DNA of 63,998 nucleotides, the filler included, from Sphacelaria rigidula (lineage: Eukaryota), in the NCBI GenBank assembly GCA_964200075.2. It is 3 parts of 3 records of this genome, joined end to end, with 100 filler letters (N's around TTAATTAATTAA, not from the genome) between each part and the next. Parts side by side here need not be neighbours in the genome. Positions count along the whole stretch, not along the records: positions 1 to 21,354 come from CAXNAA020000431.1; 2 more parts are not named here. The stretch is one strand, 5' to 3'. The first letter of the stretch is position 1. Every line of letters begins with the position of its first letter. Below the pieces are notes generated by a model. The model had not been told where the DNA came from. It saw only the letters and a list, made by a program, of their open reading frames with translations, and ran no database searches. This document shows positions 1 to 13,340 of the stretch, in pieces. Made by a program: the position numbers and the translations under genes.

Positions 1-325
1 CATGCATATGCAGGACACGTCATTCCTAACCAGCCTCGTTGGTCGTTCTGGAGGCCCAGTCCCACAATGGTTAACAAGTGACAGCCGCCCATTTATATTT
101 CTCGAGTTTGAAATCAAGATATAGGGAAATGGTAGTTTCGGATCAAGTTTGTGGCCCCTTATGCCGAAGTATCTTGATATCGAGATAACAGAGAAACCTT
201 CAATGCCCCACACCCACAATTTCAATCGTGTGCTGCCGCTCTGCCGGGATTTTCAAAACAATCGAGCGGATAATGATATTTTTACCACGGGCGGACGTGA
301 AGCGGCTGCGATTAGCCCTATAGTA

Positions 326-1303
326 CCGTAATTGTGCGAGTCATCACACCCCTGTGCGATCGATTTTTGAATGATTCCTAACATTGATTTTTATCGCACA
401 GGGGTGCGATGACTCCGACTTTGCGATGACTCCGACATGTGCGATGACTCCGACCACTGTGCGGAAAATGAATTAAATTATTCGATTTCCCATTCTGACG
501 CACACCCCTGTGCGATAAATCCGACATACGCGATTCTGAACAAATCAAACACCCTGCCATGCTGTGTTGTGAACGCACACCCCTGTGCGGTGACTCCGAC
601 ATGTGCGATTCTGACAAAATCAAACACCCTGCCATACTATTGGAAGGCGACAGCGATGTAGAGATCGTACAAGCGCCGGCGGGGGGGTGCGAGGTAGAGA
701 ACGTAGACGACGAGCTGTGAAATATCTGTAGCCGGGGGAAGGAGGGGTAGATTTACGAGTAGGCACGGCCCGTGGTAAGTGGCTTCGACCAGTACGCCCG
801 CGTAGACACCTCGTGCCTTGCTTTGTATAGTGCAACGACTGGTGACGGTAGGATTCGAGTTTGTTTGTGGTGTTTTGCGCGAAGAGAGGAGAAAACTGCG
901 GTTGGTGTAGGTAGGTATTGAGTTGTAGGCTGTCGCTCCGTAGCATGAGGTACGGTAGGTTAGCCCCGCATCGTGAATGTCCGGTAATGTGGTCCCTTTT
1001 TTTTTTGAGTGCGGTCGCCGTTTAAGATTTATAACTCAAGAAATAGAAAGAGGTTTTATATGTTTGCACCTGCTACAAACAGCGGTGGCATACTTTCTAT
1101 CATGGGGCCACACGCCGCAGCATGCAACCTCACGCTCGAAGGTGGCACCAACGTCGGAGTCATCACACCCTTGTGCGATGACTCCGATCCCCGTGCGGAA
1201 AATGAATTAAATTATTCCCAACTTGAAAAATTAACGCACAGGGGTGCGATGACTCCGGCATGTGGGATGACTCCGATCTGTGCGATAACTTGCACAATTA
1301 CGG
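326..1303. mobile_element. MITE, Tc1/mariner (pogo-like) type
   Basis: TIR CCGTAATTGTGCGAGTCATC (326) matches the reverse complement of the end GATAACTTGCACAATTACGG (1303) at 18/20. TA flanks both sides. Many subterminal GAGTCATCGCAC / GTGCGATGACTCCG repeats. No coding capacity. Confidence 0.8.
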
Positions 1304-4300
1304 TATTTGTGTTATTATTAGTTTAGAATGAACCGGTACCTCCAGGCCTGAATGTGACCACGGTGTTGCGTTTGCCTTTCAGCATCAAGCAGATGTGCCC
1401 GAGTGCATATGTGCTGCTCGTAGATCTCGAGAAAAGGTCAACTTGTTTATTTCTGTCGACGGATCCAACCTAAACTCAGCAACGTCGTGACATAGCATAG
1501 CACAACAGCAACAGCAACAGCAACAGCGTAGTCACAGAGGCGACCTGTATTAGGCCGCATGAAATGAGATTCCTAACTGCTGGGAAGCTGTTGGCATCCG
1601 GGGTGATTGGTTCGAATTTTTGGAATCGACTGGTTGGCAACCTTCCGGGCGGGTTTGTTGCGAAAACGGAACCCAATTACGCCATCCCAACTGTTCTACG
1701 TAGCGTTCGTGTCGGTCGGTAGACTTTTGATGCGAAACATGAATGTTTGAGTTTACTTCATTACTTAGTCATTATCCTGGTTTTTCTATCTCGTTACGAG
1801 CCAACTGCAGGCATCCTGGAAAAGACGACCAACTTACGTTATGATTCCCCATGTTATGTAACCAATGCAGCGGGAACACCTGTGAGCAAGGTCATCGTCA
1901 TCTGCACCGCCGTTGTCACCTTGGCGGCCCTGTCCAACAAAAATCAGGGCGCGCTGTCACTCTCTGCTTACAGGTGCGCGAACTCTACCGTTTATTTTAT
2001 AGACAGTAACATCTCTATGCCAAATACCACCCCTGATCATGGATTTTCGGCTACTTTTTGCCCCACGTCGGTATCTACAGGACAGTATTGCATCTGTGTA
2101 TGTTATACACCACCCCCCACATGTGATACCCCCGGGTTATATTTTTTCTTCATCGACGGGTGTACTGTCACATGTGGTATGCCCGTGCAAGCACATCTCC
2201 GGTGTAGATACGGCCTTCTGTGCTTCACTAGTGCTGCTCTCTGTCGACGTCCGATGCGTTTCACAGGGTGTTCGGGGAAGAGAAACAATGGTGGCGCCTC
2301 TTCACCAGCATGTTTCCATTGGCTAGCGTGTGGGAGTTGATGCTAACTCTACATCTTTTCCGGGCTTTCAGGGTATTAGAGAGGTGAGGACCAGTAGCCA
2401 TCATGCAGTTTACCGATATTCGCTGACGTTTTACCGTTTGCGACAAGATACCGCTATACACTACGGGATCTATATGGTAAACATTGAACCCGCCAGTCTT
2501 GCGACCGCGTTTCCAGTCGGCATCAATCCAGTGTCTAATGCCTTAGATCTGCACGTCGCCTTGAGATATTTCCAACAGCAGGATTGCGTCTTCTTGTCCT
2601 GCTCCCCATTTGTCGTTGTGTGTTTCCTCAGACATCTGGGCTCTTCGAAGTACGGATCCTTTTTGGTTTTGGCGGCTGTTCTGACCAAAAGCTTCGAATT
2701 GGCTCTCTGCATCCAGTTTCCCAATCTTCGACAACCATCAGGGCCATTTTCCATCCTTAGCGCGTTGACTACGATATATTATGGTATGTTATATTCCGAT
2801 ACTCCTTGTCAAAGTTGTGACCAATTCGACGTGGCTTCGTAGCAGACCCTGCACGGTACGATGTCGGGTGTTATGTTAGGTAGTGCAGCACAGTGGCCAC
2901 GTGATCACTCGCAGCATCACAATATCGATTGTGCATATCGGCTTGCTTGACGCATTGAAAATTCCCACCACCGATTTCGCACAGGTTATATTCCTTCTAC
3001 TGAAGCCGCCTTCCACGTACTGGGGGATATCCAAATCACTGAGAAGACTTTGACATACGTCGCTGTTCTCTTGGTGAGTGGTTGTTTCGTCACCGCAGGT
3101 CAGACTGGCAATGCCAACCGCCAGGGATACAGCCGTTTGGCACATCGATTGCGTCGTTCAGATCCTTCAAACTGCAATGCTGTATCCTATATATAACACG
3201 CGATTGACGCCATTTCCACCCATCATATCCTCCTACCCCAGCTCGCATTTCATCACGCGTGGGCATCTGTGCCCCCTGCTGCCTATGGCGCGATGGTGGC
3301 ACTGCTGTACTGCCCAAGCTTTTCTCCTCTCCAAAGCTTTCGGGTACCTGGACGGGTGATATTTTCGGTGAGCGTGTGTGATCGTGTGCCCACTCATCGT
3401 TTGATCATGGCATCAAGAGGGCGTCACAAGTGGAAATGGGATATCCTTCTTTCCTCCCTCCCTCGGAGTTTCGGACAAAAGTAAAGGTACACATGTTTTT
3501 TGCAAGCGCGACCCTCACCGTGTACCAGCAACTACTTGAATCTAGTGGCACCCCCCCTCCCAAGTTAATTCTCCACACTCCACGGGGCTATGTTCCCGCA
3601 TGATTTTTCAGGGCGTCCCCTTGATGTCATGACTGCAGCTGCCCGTTTTTTGTCCCATCGTACTTGCAACCCCTCCCCTTCCTCGGGACTAGACGGTAGT
3701 CTCAAGGGATCAATCCATGTTGCCCCCGGTGCCTGCCTGGCATATTAATATCGCGGATTGGATCAATGTTCCCGCATCGCGTCAACTGCAGTTGGATGTA
3801 CTAGGCTACTCAGGTCCTGGCGCTTAGAACGATGAGAAACAGGTCCTACCCAAAAGTGTGGTGTGTGTCGGGACTCGAATCCGCACCTTCCGGTGTTGCC
3901 GCTACGTTTGCCACACAAACGAGGCGCTATGGTTTTACACTTGCGGAAAAACCTCGAACGTGTGTTTTTGACACAACCGCGCGTGCGCCACCGTATGGGC
4001 AGGCACTCGCCAAGCTGTTCCAATTCGGAGACCAGATCGCAGAAAGGCGGAGGCAAATGGCGCGCATCCAGAACAGAAGGGTGAGCATCTGTCGCACGGT
4101 TTGTGTCCGATTTGTTGCTCTGTCGCTGTTAGACGGTCAAATGTGCAAATGCCCAGTGAGTACCCCACATGTACCTCACCTTGTTCTGTGGGTTATCCAG
4201 TATTTTTTTGTTGCGCCTAGGTTCACATGTATCCTCATATTACTGCGTTGGTGTAATAAGCAGCGTGATGATGCCTAGAACGTATCCTTCTAGGAAATCA

Positions 4301-6578
4301 CCGCCTGTGGTTGGTTGTCGCACGTGGACGGAAGCGACATTAATCGTGCCCTCCGGGTGTAAGGATGTGCTCACGTTTTCTCGCACGCCGGTGTAGATCC
4401 TTACAACACATCGAGCCGGGCATAATTCCATGTGGGCACCACGCACCGACGTATACGTTATGCTACGTTGTGTGAAATCCCTCGGCAAATGGGAACTCAT
4501 ACGCGAGTTCATCATAGTGTATTGGCAGACCGAAGATGTTGAGCAGGATTAAGTATACGAGGTGAAAATGCGTCCGATTAGACTCACAATCAGCGAATGT
4601 GGCCAACGAGAACTCAAGGGAGTAAGAAGGCCAAAAGCAAGTACAGTAGAGCCGGTTTCGTCAACACATCCCGAATCCCCCCGTTTCATTGTGCTTCTCC
4701 CTGCAAGTATTGTAAGTATTGCGAGCGCGAAACAAGACGACTTTGATGTACGGCGCGTCAGTGCTGACAGGGTCACGTAGAGGTGCGCCGTAGCGACCTC
4801 AGTACTGTCTGTTGCTTTGCGTGTTCCAGCCGAGGCAAGTGGTGCATGTCATATCAGTTACACTGCAAAGTTGTGCGGTACGTAGTGCAGACAGTACAGG
4901 TGGCACTCAAGCATTCAGTGTGTATCTCAATCGACTAAAATGGAGTTGTGCTTCTCCTGTCTCTTCGCTTACCCTGTGCTCTGCCCCATCTGCTCTCTCG
5001 TTGTCTGTCGCAAGAAACCAAGGGTTCAGGGCATGAAAAGTGGCTTTGTGCGAACCAGTCGCCGAAAATGCGACGGGAACGTCTACGTGCACTTGAACTG
5101 CGACTCAACATTTCTCGGTTTGGGGTTTTTCACAGATTAATAGTTGCGCAGGTCTCACCCAATAAATACCATATGTTCATTGTCACATCCATACATCAAT
5201 GGACGACCGGAGCGTTGCATTGACACACATAAAATACGGTACTGTACATCGAGCTGAATATCCTCGCAACGAAGCACAAAACCACCGACGGAGGTTGACC
5301 GTCCCCCGTCCCCCGTCCCCATGCAGATTCCCTTACAGGCTGCAACGCTACCTATGCACGCACGACGCTGAAAGCTGAATGCGCTGAAATGCCGTTCGCC
5401 CAGACTGCTGCTGTTCGTTGCCCCCCCCGGGGGGGGGCACTGTTGTTGCTCGATTCAAAACAAAAAATTCATGTGCCACACAGGTAGGACAGTACAAATC
5501 GAAGTACAGCTGTGAGTCCTCCTACGCCCACCCACCCCCTTCTCTAACTTTTATCGTGGCGAGCTGCTTCTTGTGCAGCAGGCTCTTGTGGGGAGGACGA
5601 ATTCACCGTCGCTGTCCCATGAGTATTGTTTCATGTTTCTCAATTTGCCAGCCCACTGCTGCCAGCGCTAGCAGTTATGTTCGCTGTGTGCAAGACGCTC
5701 AATGGTGACACACATGGTGCAAGTGTACATCTACGGCTTCACTTCTACATTAGGGTGCCGATCGATGGTTGTAACACCAAAGATTGTATACAATTGCTTG
5801 GGGCGCAACGTCGCTAAATTGTCTCGTTTTTTCCCACAGTGACATTGAGTTTGAATTGCTGGATGATTACTTATATCGGACTGGCCGAATGGAACGCAAA
5901 ATATACATACACTCAGTTTTTGGATTGTATCGTTCCCTACACCCTGATACCCGACGTCCAGACACTTGGGAAAATCGGTGGTCTTTGCCGTACCAACAAA
6001 TCCACCCCGCGGCTCTGCACTCACACGTTTCGGGCCCATGACATGAGCATGCTTCGTGATTTTCATGGCTACCGATGATGCACCCACTCGTGTCTTGCAG
6101 GTTGATGCGGGAGGACGCGGTCAAGTAGACCAGCTGTTTGCGCAAGGTCTAGGAGCTGCAGGTGGCACCGGGGTGAGCACATGGCCTTCATCATGAAGTT
6201 GCTGCACGATTAAGACACGGTACTCGCGCGCACATGGTAGTGCTACTTCGAAACCTGCCATCGTAGTCGAGCAATCGCCACACAGCAGTTGGATTACTGT
6301 CAATACTCTCGTAACATGTTTTGTCTTGCCCTCTCTGCCCGACACAGCTCCGTCAACGAATGGAACTTCCACCACCTAGGGAGGAGGACATCGCGCTGCT
6401 CATGGGGCTTGGTTTTGATCGTAGCACCGTCGTCCGAGTTCTTCTATCGTCAGGCAACAACACCGAAGCCGCAGCAAATCGATTGCTGGGTCACTGACAA
6501 GGGGGGGCCACTGTCAGGAAGCCACGTCAATATCTGCACGGGAAACTGGGTTGGAGGAACTTTGGTAGAACGCTGTTG

Positions 6579-8826
6579 CTAGGAGGATTTACTTCCGAAC
6601 CCCGCATCACCATGTGCTACTTTATCCATCAAGTGCATGGGCTTGAGAACATTCTCCCGGTTTCCTTCGCAGATGTAGCCGTTGAGCACCATCTCGTCGA
6701 GGATGAAGTGTGTCTTCTCCAAGTTGAACATGATGTCCAGTTCGCATACGCTCTGGAAATACTGCGGCATCGTGCAAGGAGGACAAGTCAATGCAAGACA
6801 CGTCAAGGGCTTAATCCCGATGCATTGAGAACACGAGGGCATCCGCCATCGCCTTTTTATAACTTTTCATTTTGCCGAACGAACCTGTCGCTGCCATTTG
6901 ACAGATGAGTTCATGCTGACCAAAACACGGAAGCGAAGTCGCGACTTTTATGCATGTCGCCACCGGTCATGTAGCGTACAGATATCGTGGTACCATACTT
7001 TTTGGGAGGTTGACGTACTTTCCACTCTTCCCCCTTATCTTCGGGACGTGTTCGTAGTACCAATGGACCCATACATCCTCCAGTACCTACTTGATTCGCA
7101 CTTTATTGTCGACATCGGAAAGTCTTCGTGCCTCTCCTCCACTTACACCGATTTTGAGTATGAATATCTCAACGAAACTTGAAATCTGCAACATCAAGGG
7201 GACACGTGACGACCATTTGGTCAGAGTTCTCAAAAACGTTCGTACTGGTTTTCAGCAATTCCAAAAAGCCTACACACGTGCACCAAAAACTCGCGCAAGG
7301 GGAGTAAGTATGGCATGTAAATTCAGGTGACCACTTCGGCAGCTATGGTATGAAGGTTTGCATGTTTCACAGGATACAAAGGATGTGGTCGATGCGGATA
7401 GTACCACATTCAATACATTCTATCTGAATAAAAAAAATCAGAAGCGTCTCTGGAGCTCGTTGCCATCATTTTTACAAGTACCTTGTCCAGGGTCTCCACC
7501 AAGCAGTGGATGAACTCCAGTACGCCCAGCTCGTTTTCGTCGTCACTGTCCATGCCCACTCCAACAATAAAGAACAAAGACGCATACTACACAGGAGGCG
7601 AGCAAACGAGCAGTGAAGAACGGCACAAGGCGTTACACTTTCATCACTGTCAGGGAACACAATCGTCTCATTTTCAATTCAACTAATTTTACTCGATTAA
7701 AACTTCTTGAACAAGCCGCTTCATAAGGTCCCTGTGTGTGAAAAAATGGCCGACTTATTCGCCCGCGGCGGAAAAGCGACCAGTACCAATGGTGACATGC
7801 ACTTTCGATCAATAGATGACCAATGAGAAGTGCGCCGTCATACATGATCAATTGATTGATTGTCGCACTTCACCTGATCTCCCAGGGATCTAGCCGTGGT
7901 CACATGATGGACGAACCCAAAACAAAACAAAACTGAAACACTCACTGAAAAAAAAGGAGAGAAAAGAAAAGTCGATCAGAATGACATAGTAGGCTAGGAC
8001 GCGAAGAAAACAAAATATGGAGCCACTTATTGTCACAGTCACTTCGGTCCCCGACGAGAAAAACGTGCAACACATGGCATACCACGTTGCACTGATACTC
8101 ATGCATCCAAGAGCAGCGAGCGCAGTGGCAATTGTTGTGCACTGCCAGGGTTTTGATAACCAACCTCATGTTTAACGCCCTCGGGAAGGTCGGGAGGTAA
8201 GCCGGCAACTCTTTGTGCGCAGCGCAAAGTCGAAGAAGAAATAGTCTATCGATGAGAGACCTATGGAAGGTTACCTCCGCAGCTTGTGACACGCGTGAAG
8301 TGCAAAATCATGATGGGCGGCGGTACGTGTGCGTGCGTGGTACATGTTGCTTTTGCTCGGTAAGACCGCTGCATTATGGGATCTACGATATCCTCTTTTT
8401 CTACTCCGCAACATCGACGCAAGGCCTGCTGCTGGTGCGTCCTTCCATGCTCGGAGGACCCAGAGCGACAAACTTCTACTGGGACAACCTGTAGCGGTAC
8501 CTAGTATATGGGGTTCTGACTTGGCCCAGGTCAACTCACTTCACATATTTGATCGGACTGATCGTGGCACAGGATGTGAGAGAAGAATAACTCATCTACA
8601 TGCTGCTGGATAAAAAAGCGGGGAAATGCGCACATGCCCTCACCCGTCTATAAATAATCTTGTAGCCTCGAAACTCAAAAAACGAGCACTGCAGCTCGGA
8701 GCGCGAGAAGCACCGCCGGACCACTTCCGCCTCCAGGGCCACCCTCTCCGGTATTGGCATCCACTCGTAGTATGACGACACCCTTGTTTGACCCATTTTG
8801 TTAACCATCAGAACAAATTTGATCAT
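6579..8826 (-). CDS. AP4S1: AP-4 adaptor complex subunit sigma, complete, 3 exons, 156 aa
   Basis: Exons 8826-8644 (MIKFVLMVNKMGQTRVSSYY...FRGYKIIYRR), 7586-7482 (YASLFFIVG...ENELGVLEFIHCLVETLDK) and 6761-6579 (YFQSVCELDIMFNLEKTHFILDEMVLNG...stop). Both introns are GT-AG and phase 0. Classic clathrin adaptor small-chain motifs, with VNKxGQTR typical of AP-4 sigma. Confidence 0.93.
7850..8030 (-). mobile_element. non-LTR retroelement (LINE/SINE) 3' end with (CAAT)n tail, in AP4S1 intron 1
   Basis: Minus strand reads ...CATGTGACCACGGCTAGATCCCTGGGAGATCAGGTGAAGTGCGACAATCAATCAAT. Related copies at about 20130, 26750, 27450, 40810 and 42350. Confidence 0.6.
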
Positions 8827-10822
8827 GGCGCCTGCTCAGAACGACGAACAACACGAAGAGAGAGAAAACCTCTCAGGGTTTGCAATATATACGTGACACA
8901 GGTGCAACCAGGGTTTGCTATTATGGTACCCCTGGTGACCGTGCCGCAGAGGCATGCGGTACAGCAGCCACACCTCTATCTCGGTTACCAGGTCAAACAC
9001 AGGTGCCCTGAACACAGCATCAATAGATCCCTTTTTTTGTCGTACTGTCGACCTGTCCTCTCCCTGGGGAAGAGTCCTGGTCTCACGGCATCAACCCTTC
9101 TTTCCTCCGGTAACTGGCTTGCACTTTGTCAACGAGGATTGGATCTACAGTCGCACCCCGTCGACTCTCGTCGAATATTCTTCGCTACTACAGCATTGGC
9201 GTTCTCACGCTTTCAAGGACGGGAGAAATATTATGCTCAAAAATCGTATAGAATGGTTCAGGGACAAAAAAAACACAACAATTAGCAAATGACTCGTTGA
9301 TGCACACAAAACAGGTAGACAATTTACACACCCTCAGGATGTAGGGGGGTGATGGCCAACAACGAGCGTACCGTAGAGGACAGTAGAGTACAGTACAGAA
9401 TACATAATACATGCGGAGGGATGTACCACCCGAATCCATCTGCGCACCAGTTTGTGTGCAACAGTAGTTGCTGGCGGCTTATGCCTCCGACCATGCTGCT
9501 GACAGCCACGGCTGGAGGGAGTAAGCAGGAGTGACAGCGTCTGCCGTTGCTGCTTATTCGCAGTCGCCGCGTAGGCTCAGTTCACCCGATCTCCCAACTG
9601 CTTGATGTGTTCGAAAATTGGACGGGTTGCGTCTACGGGGGGATGGGTTCTTTTTCGGGGGTTCTTTGCAGGGATTCCTTTACTCTAAACCCGAATGACG
9701 GATTAACGCACAAAGATTGAGAAGCTTTCTGAACAAAAATCAAGTACTTTCAAGCCGGGAAGAACCCAGATCGTCTACGAGTAAGCACTACACCCGTGTC
9801 TTGTTTGCCTCTCTGTGCGTGGAATGACTTCGTTGTACAGGGGCATGTTCTCTCCTCAGCACGCTTCACCTATATGAACCAAAAAAACACCCCATCGCTG
9901 GCCCCTTGATCATTCCACTCTCTGCTGGTGTGATTGGTTGAGTACCACTAGCGATAATAAACGGAATGTCAACGCTACATTCGTGTACCAGTAACACGGG
10001 GTGAGATCCAATAGGGTTGAGCGTTTTTGTGGGGTCGAAAGCCACTGGGGGTTGGCATGAGAACCTTCTGTCTCGAAACAATTTAACGTGTGCTTCATTT
10101 CTCACGCCGGTTTCAGGAGATTCAATTTCACGTGCGTTTTCCTCAAGGGAAGGCCGAGGTCGTTAGTGTTCTGTCTGATGTGGTGCGAAAGTTTACACCG
10201 ATTCCTTGGGGTCACGAGCCACCGGAAGCCCAGATTCTCGGAACAGTTTCACGTGTGCCTCATGTCCCACGCGGGTTCCAAGAGTTACGCATGAAATTTT
10301 ACACAGACGTTCTCGTCAGAAAGGACAAAGCCGCCTGTTTTTTTTCTTCGACTTTCGATTGTTGTCAACGCTTTCTTGCAGTCCTCGGCTAGTGCCGGCC
10401 GAGGAGGGTCTCAAGAAAGGGCAAAACGGATTGAACTTGAAAGCATAAAACACTACCGACGTTGGCCTCACCTCCAAAAACACGTGTGCACAATCCGTAT
10501 CCTGACTCCTAAAAGTGGTGTGAGAAATGGCTGCCCAGTAAATTGATGGATTCTCCTCTGAAGCAGCCGTTACAGCATCTGTCGGGAATCGAATCCATAA
10601 CCTTCCGCCCCAACTCGTTAATTTCGTGCCAAATGCACCACCAGGGTGCAGCGCCCATAGTACAGTGACATGAGGTGAATAACTCATGCATCGTACGCCG
10701 TACCATATACTGGCTATACGAGAACAGCATCCGAAACTCAACTGTGGAGCGTTACCGTTGGTGCAGACGGTACAGACAGTGCGAACAGGAAAGCACAGTA
10801 GACTACATACTCGTACAGTATA

Positions 10823-11270
10823 CGAGCTGGGCCAGCAGTAAATTCCGCATGTCCATGTCACAACATAACTTTTCAAGTTTACCAAAGCAGCCCGACTTGA
10901 GCACATCGGTGTGAACTGTAGACCAACCTGGTAACGCAAGGCACCGCTACTGGATGAAGAAAACAATAAAAGAAAATGTATTGCATAATGTATGACCTTA
11001 CCGACAGAACAAAATAAAAAGGACTGTGTCGGGATTCGAGCTCGTGGATCTCCATAACTGGCGTCTCCTGCATCACTTGGATGAAAGGGGCGCAGCGGTG
11101 TCACACAGAAAGTGCCCTCCTGGGCCGAATTTCAGGACTGCTTGGCCGAAATTGCACCAGGATATCCTCCACACAAGTACGCACAACAACACGAGGGGTG
11201 CCGATGTCTTTCTTTATATTCACGAAGTTATAGTATTTTGTACTCGGTTTTCGAATTGTGCATTAATAAG
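10823..11270 (+). mobile_element. truncated copy of the CGAGCTGGGCCAGC-TIR element family
   Basis: Starts TA|CGAGCTGGGCCAGC. Internal sequence is colinear with 12124-12724. Right TIR not seen. Confidence 0.7.
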
Positions 11271-11699
11271 AGACCTGTGCACAGGGCAGGCGTGTGAGGG
11301 GGGAAGCATTTTCGCAAAATGCCAGCCACCCCGAATGTAAGTGCTCACGAAAAAGACTGACAACGTCAACTGGCAGTACCCTAGGTCTCTGCCAGTCAAC
11401 CTCAAGGGCAGCCTCGAGTACACACTCTCACTCTTTATATTACACAATAGACAGTAGGTCGAACACATGAAGAGGATATAACGTTGAGGACGTATGTCGC
11501 TGTTGTCCCCCCCCCTCCTTTTTTTTGAAATGGAAAGAGTGAAAAACCAAGAAACCTTCTTCGCCGACAACGAGTTCACGCCAGAAGGATCCTAGCGATT
11601 GTACATTCGCCCGAATCGTGGCAAGATTTGGGGTCCTTCGTCACATGAAACAGGAGATATTTTGTCTCATATTTGAGGCCTCATGTTGTTTGTTCCTCG

Positions 11700-12930
11700 T
11701 GGAGGATGATCACTCCTGTGGATGAGACGTGAAATATGTCTTCACATGGGTGAGGTATGGAATATCTCGTGACAGAGGCGTCCAACATTTCTTCTCGTGG
11801 GTGAGGCACCATGTATTGTCTCGTGAGCGAGGCATAAGATATGTCTTCTCGTGCATGAGGCATTATACCGCATCTTTTGTCGCGAACGAGGCATAAGAGA
11901 TTTCTTCTAATGGACGAGGCATTATATATCTTCCCGTGGAGGAGGCGTCAGATACTTGTCTCGTGGATAAGGCAACATATCTCTTCTCGCGAATGAGGCA
12001 TCACTTATCTCTTCTCATGGATGAGGCATAGTTTCAGATTTCTACTCGGGGATGCGGCATTAGATATGCCTTCTCGTAAATGAGGCATTATATGTCTTGT
12101 CTCGTGAACGAGGCATCAGATTACGAGCTGGGCCAGCTTGAAAGCGGGCAAACGTTGTCCACACTACAGCTTTCCCAGTTCCCCAAATGAACCCGATGTA
12201 CGCATATCACTGTGAACTGCTGACCCACCTGGTAACACACGGCACCGCCGCTGAATGAAGAAACAAAAAGAAAATGTACCGCATAATATATAATCTTAAC
12301 GGCCGACGGAAAAAAAAGAAGAGAGTATGTCGAGATTCGAACTCATGACCTCCATAATCAAAGTCTCCTATTACTTGAATTATAGCGGTGTAGTAGCGTC
12401 ACGCAAAACTTTGCACGCACGGCCCAATTCGACGACTCTTGAGCTGAAATTTCACGAAGACCTTCTGCACCCAAAGAAATGATACATCACGGGAGCAGCT
12501 GCAGATTCTCGTTTTTTTCCTGGACTCATGACATCATCTTGTTTTTGCTGAAATTTCAAATCCCCATAACTTCCTTTTTTTTCTCTTCTTTTCTTTGCTG
12601 TTCTCGTCATCTCCTGCATGTCGATCATAATAAGCTGCTGTCATAATTTCAGCGTCCAACTCCTAATTTTACGCTGTGCGTCGCCTGAGCGAGAAAACTA
12701 CCCATTGTTGGCTGGCCCAGCTCGTAGTCGGCTCGTAAACTAGGCATCAGAGTAGTCTTCTCGTGAACGAGGCATTATATTTCGTTTCGTGGACGAGGCA
12801 TTAAATATCTCTTCTCGTGAAGGAGGCGATAGGTATTTGTTTTCGTGGATGAGGCACAAACAGCTCACGTGAGATGCAAACCTGCTGCACGTGGATGATG
12901 CCTCATGTATCGCTTGGTGGAGGCAATGAT
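11700..12930. repeat. degenerate tandem array with ~30-35 bp unit (TCTTCTCGTGGATGAGGCATxAGATAT), interrupted by a TIR element
   Basis: Repeated CTCGTG(G/A)AxGAGGCA units lie on both sides of the 12124-12724 insertion. Confidence 0.8.
12124..12724 (+). mobile_element. complete ~600-bp TIR element with TA TSD and internal tRNA-like segment
   Basis: Perfect 14-bp TIR CGAGCTGGGCCAGC...GCTGGCCCAGCTCG flanked by TA. Removing the element plus one TA restores a unit of the host array (AGGCATCAGAT-TA-GTCGGCTCGT versus AGGCATCAGAG-TA-GTCTTCTCGT). Confidence 0.85.
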
Positions 12931-13340
12931 TATATCTTTATACGATGACAGCGTTCGAAAGCACAGGGTGGGCGGGTAGGGAAACGACGCGATCTCCCAG
13001 AATGCTCACAGTACAAAGTAAAGTGTTCCGGTTGAACCACCTTCAACACTCGCACTACCTGCAATCGAACAGTAAGCTGGCTGGATGTTCAGGCCGGCGT
13101 TCTGCACGCCTGCTACCACGTCTGCCTACCACTCTCTCAGCGTGTTAAATGACAATCGCTTCGATGTTCGGTATCAGCGATACAGACGTTCCAAGCCCTG
13201 AGCCTTTCCGGTTCTGTTTGGTGTTCGTCATCTCATATGTATCATGATTAATGTATGATCCAATTTAATTCAAAAAGGCAGTTGGAAACTATTTCGCTCC
13301 CACAACACACATACGAGTATTCCCTCGATTAGGAATATCC

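Noticed and set aside
1310..6500. Many short ORFs with faint RT/RNase H-like words (DADW, DLNDAID)
   Set aside because: No ordered motif set or consistent exon chain. Possibly very decayed TE sequence, left unassigned.
10020..10300. Duplicated motif reading QFNVCFISHAG / QFHVCLMSHAG, reminiscent of a TIR-domain start
   Set aside because: No remainder of a TIR domain follows. Other frames (EAHVKLFR) are equally conserved and contain stops. Treated as an old local duplication.
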